From: Penicillus capitatus
Taxonomy: Eukaryota > Plantae > Chlorophyta
Assembly: GCA_965649825.1 (NCBI GenBank)
Contig: OZ287710.1
Location: forward strand, 1-64,000
Direction of reading: 5' to 3'
Length of the DNA: 64,000 bases
Shown: piece by piece, positions 60,848 to 64,000 of the stretch
How the letters are laid out: each line of letters starts with the position of its first letter
Numbering within the stretch: position 1 is the first letter of the stretch
Notes under the pieces: model-generated
Told to the model about the DNA's origin: nothing
The model's database searches: none
What the model saw: only the letters and a program-made list of their open reading frames with translations
Made by a program: the position numbers and the translations under genes

Positions 60848-63800
60848 ATGTCCGATCCGGGACACAGAGAAAGAATGGAGATAAAAGGAGGTGAACTGGT
60901 GGAGAATGGTCAGAAGAGGAGACGAAGTGGCGGCGATGATGTGAAGAATGGCGTGCTGGAGCATAGAGCGTACGGCCTTGTATGTGAGATTGAAATGAAT
61001 AAGATTTTGGTGACTGCAGAGGTCACACTTCGTTACACTTTTCAGAAGATCAAACAATGAATGGGAAGAACAGAGCTGTGTTGAAAATGGAAACAGAAGA
61101 CTCGGTGCCTCGAGACGATGACAGAGATCCGAGGTTGATCTGCGTGGATCGTCCCAATGCGTGTCATGTGAAAAGACAAGCGGATCTGATCACCTCAGCC
61201 TCCAGCGCGGCAGAGGTGATCCCGAACGGGCGTGTGGATATCAGGATCGCTGTGCTTTGGCCATTTGAAGGTAGAGAAGGCAAACGGATCTGATGCATCG
61301 CCTAGACACCGTTCGATATTGTGCTCGGACGACGAAGATCGAGAATCGCTCTCTCCTTCCGTTGCTAACAAAATGCATTTTGGTCAAAACAGTACAGGAA
61401 ATGACGGAGAGCGGACAGATGATCATCTGTCATGTGCGTGCAGCCTTCAACATCCAGGTGCTGTTTGTGCTGTCAGACTGATCGGCCTCTGAGTTTAGTT
61501 CTTAGTCGAAAATTGTGCAACGGAGAAAGATACGTGTCACTATATCAAGGTGCTTCGAAGAAAAGAGAGATTTGTGCATCCGCATGTGTGGTATATGCAA
61601 ACGTGTAAAGCTCCCTCCGTGCAAGAAATGAATGAGATTGGCCGAAAGCAGTATCAGCTGAGCGTTGAAGTGCATCGGTTGAAGTTCACTTGGCATCCCT
61701 CGATGACAGAAGAAGAAACAATGGTACCGCGAATTTCAGTGGCGCATCTTTAACAAAAGGTTGCGTTCTCAGGCAGGAAAGCTGATAAGCGCTTACAACC
61801 AATATCAAGAGACTAAGCTACACAGATGTTACTGCGAAGCTGTGGAGCAGTTGAAAGAAACAGAGGAATATCTACTGGACGCTAGAGAGGCACTGTTTTC
61901 GTTGGGTCCAGGAAGTCATGACGCTCAGACTGTCTTTGATCGAACCCTCTTGCTCGAGAGACAAGCACGGCCGTTCTGCAGAGAGATATCAAATAAAGCC
62001 ATCCTCATGGTATTCAGGTCTACCAAGAGAGGATAAAGAAACAGAAATGCGAAATCGATTTGATAACGGCGCTCGAGACAATGATGGAAACATATGAGAA
62101 ACTAGAAGAGATGAGAAAGAAGCAAGATCACGCGACAACATCACTAAAACTGGAGACAGTGGATCGCAAAATGCCTATCCAGAGGAATATGCAGGTTTCA
62201 TTTGTTGGACGCATCTTGCTTGCACTGACTTGTCAAACAAACAGAGAAGACACGAGCGACGACTATTGAATGCAGAGAATGAAGAAATCTCCGGGATGCC
62301 TCATTTTCCACTACCGTTGCATGAATCTTTCGCCCCTGATGACGGGCCGCTGCCTCGAAGGCTAGAAACAATGTGCCAAGCACATCGGCTAAGGATTTTG
62401 GAGATGTCCACAGAGCTTGAAAACATCAAAGACTCTGGCGTTTCGACCACAGAGAGAGCGACATCTCTTCAGGCTTTGCTCGAGGAACTGGGCCCCGTTC
62501 CAAAAAGAACTGAACGCGCAAGAGCGAATAATCGATCCGTTCATCACTCTTCTATGAGATCTTCAAACACGCGCTCTGTAGCAATTTGAGCTCATGGACG
62601 TCCTTGCTGAAAAATGGATAACATAGGTGAAGCGAACGTCGCAGCTTCTGTGCAAAGAGTTCAGGATCTCTTCAATGAGTGATCTCTCAATGCTAAAGCA
62701 CCATGGAACGGTGAAGCCGGAAATCCGCTATCAAGTGGACCTCGTCATTGATGGGCGTCGGGTTGGAGGGACAGCAGCTTCTTACATGCACTCAGGGTTT
62801 GAAGCAACGTTCTTTCACGCGTTCAAGTGTGACAATGACGCTCTCTGTGCCCCTCAACGTTTCCATGTGCATTGCACAGAGTTCTGCTGCATGCACAACC
62901 AAATCGTATGACGCTAAATCTCTATCAGGCTACTGGGAGAGAAGTGCCAGCTTTGCTCGCTGTCCTCGAAGTGGATGTTCCCAATTCGGTCCCACTCCAA
63001 TCCACCTCCTACGCATTCTCATATCAATCGCTGTCAGCTGGATCTGCAAGCGATGGAGACAAGATGGCGGGCTGGATAGAGATCACAACAGGATGGGAGA
63101 CACCAGAAAAGGGACAGACGATAGAGCGCGAGGCCCTTCATTTGATAGAAAACTCAATTCCAGTTCACGATCAGGATACCACAAGGATACCCAAACCTCC
63201 AAAACACACAGTGCCGGCATTCCGTACCATTAAAGATGGCTCACCGTGCTAAATCTCTTCAGGAGTGCCAAGCAAAAATCGGAGAAATGCACAAGGACGC
63301 TACAGAAGAGCTGGACCAGTCCATTTCCAAAAAGGCTGCGGAGTTAAAGGCGCCTGATCGACATACAGCTAAAAGAACACAGTTCCTCTATCGTCGATGG
63401 AGAGCCATCAACATGGTTAAGAATGGATTACTGAGCGACAGGACTTTGGCGGATATCGCACTGCCATCTCTGGGCTCAGACGATCTGCAATCCATCGACT
63501 ATGCCGAGAAGATCCATACTCTCGACAAATTGATGAACACCTCTTCTGTGACATCTTCGCCGACTCGAACTCTGACAGATGAAGCGGAGAAGTTGTTTCC
63601 AGGTTTGTTCTCACGAGCCGAATGCAGACGCCATTCACAAAGTCTCCTTCAGATTCTCTGCTGCATCGAGAACTGGAGATACGTGATCGGAAGATCGGCG
63701 AATGTGTTATGCAGCTCGAGTCTCTGCTCAGATCGCAAAGAACAGAGTCCCAGACGCAGCTGACGAAAGCAGATATCGTTAAGCAATTTGAATTTCGGCA

Positions 63801-64000
63801 CATAACCAGGATTGCGCCGTTGGACCACGCATTCTCTATCCTGCGAAGATCCGTAACCAAGGAACCGGGTATTCAGGTATGGGTATCCGAGAGACTTCTG
63901 TATGCTCATAGACGTGTGCTCTAGACCCAAATGCCTTCCGCTTCTGATGGTGAGCCATACATTGAGATCGAAGTGCGCTCCGCTTTCAATCTCCCCCAAA
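60848..64000 (+). CDS. CC2D2A: CC2D2A/MKS6-like ciliary transition-zone protein (5' part; runs off window)
   Basis: HRLKFTWHPSMTEEETM|AGKLISAYNQY resembles, from memory, CC2D2A [39 protein letters not shown]...FEATF...QPNRMTLNLYQ resembles its C2 segment. Multi-exon. Confidence 0.65.

Noticed and set aside
1-64000. Non-standard genetic code (TAA/TAG = Gln, as in some ulvophytes)
   Set aside because: Conserved genes end at TAA/TAG at the expected C-termini (RPT4, TBCB, CYP20-3, TLDc, KNOX), and long exons have no in-frame TAR codons.
1-64000. CRISPR arrays, rRNA/tRNA genes, transposases or viral inserts
   Set aside because: No repeat-spacer arrays, cloverleaf or rRNA signatures, or RT/integrase/transposase motifs were seen, and nearly all sequence is accounted for by host genes.

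Overview
Gene-dense eukaryotic nuclear DNA from a photosynthetic green alga, most likely a chlorophyte. The evidence is plastid-targeted CYP97B, HCF101, STR4/TROL and CYP20-3 homologues, TGTAA poly(A)-type signals after several stops, and a KNOX homeobox gene. About 28 protein-coding genes are packed into 64 kb, with ~40-60 nt introns, very degenerate 5' splice sites (including GC-AG) and very short intergenic spacers. The standard genetic code is used. I saw no rRNA, tRNA, CRISPR array or transposon. Most genes are split across several ORFs of the six-frame track, so I reassembled the exons by hand. Main highlight: a ~6 kb, ~21-intron gene at 36468-42418 that splices into one protein with signal peptide, animal-type heme peroxidase, four DOMON domains, cytochrome b561 and cytochrome b5. 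It looks like a self-contained, DUOX-analogous transmembrane heme wire. Second highlight: an ~817-aa head-rod-tail coiled-coil gene (3372-6688) with 15 consecutive phase-2 introns and exons alternating exactly 108/51 nt, a hidden 53-residue module. Also present: a KNOX1-KNOX2-ELK-homeodomain gene largely missed by the ORF track, head-to-head ATGs 9-33 bp apart, and tandem genes that touch or overlap (candidate polycistronic loci). Coordinates are hand-derived; several 5' ends are uncertain.
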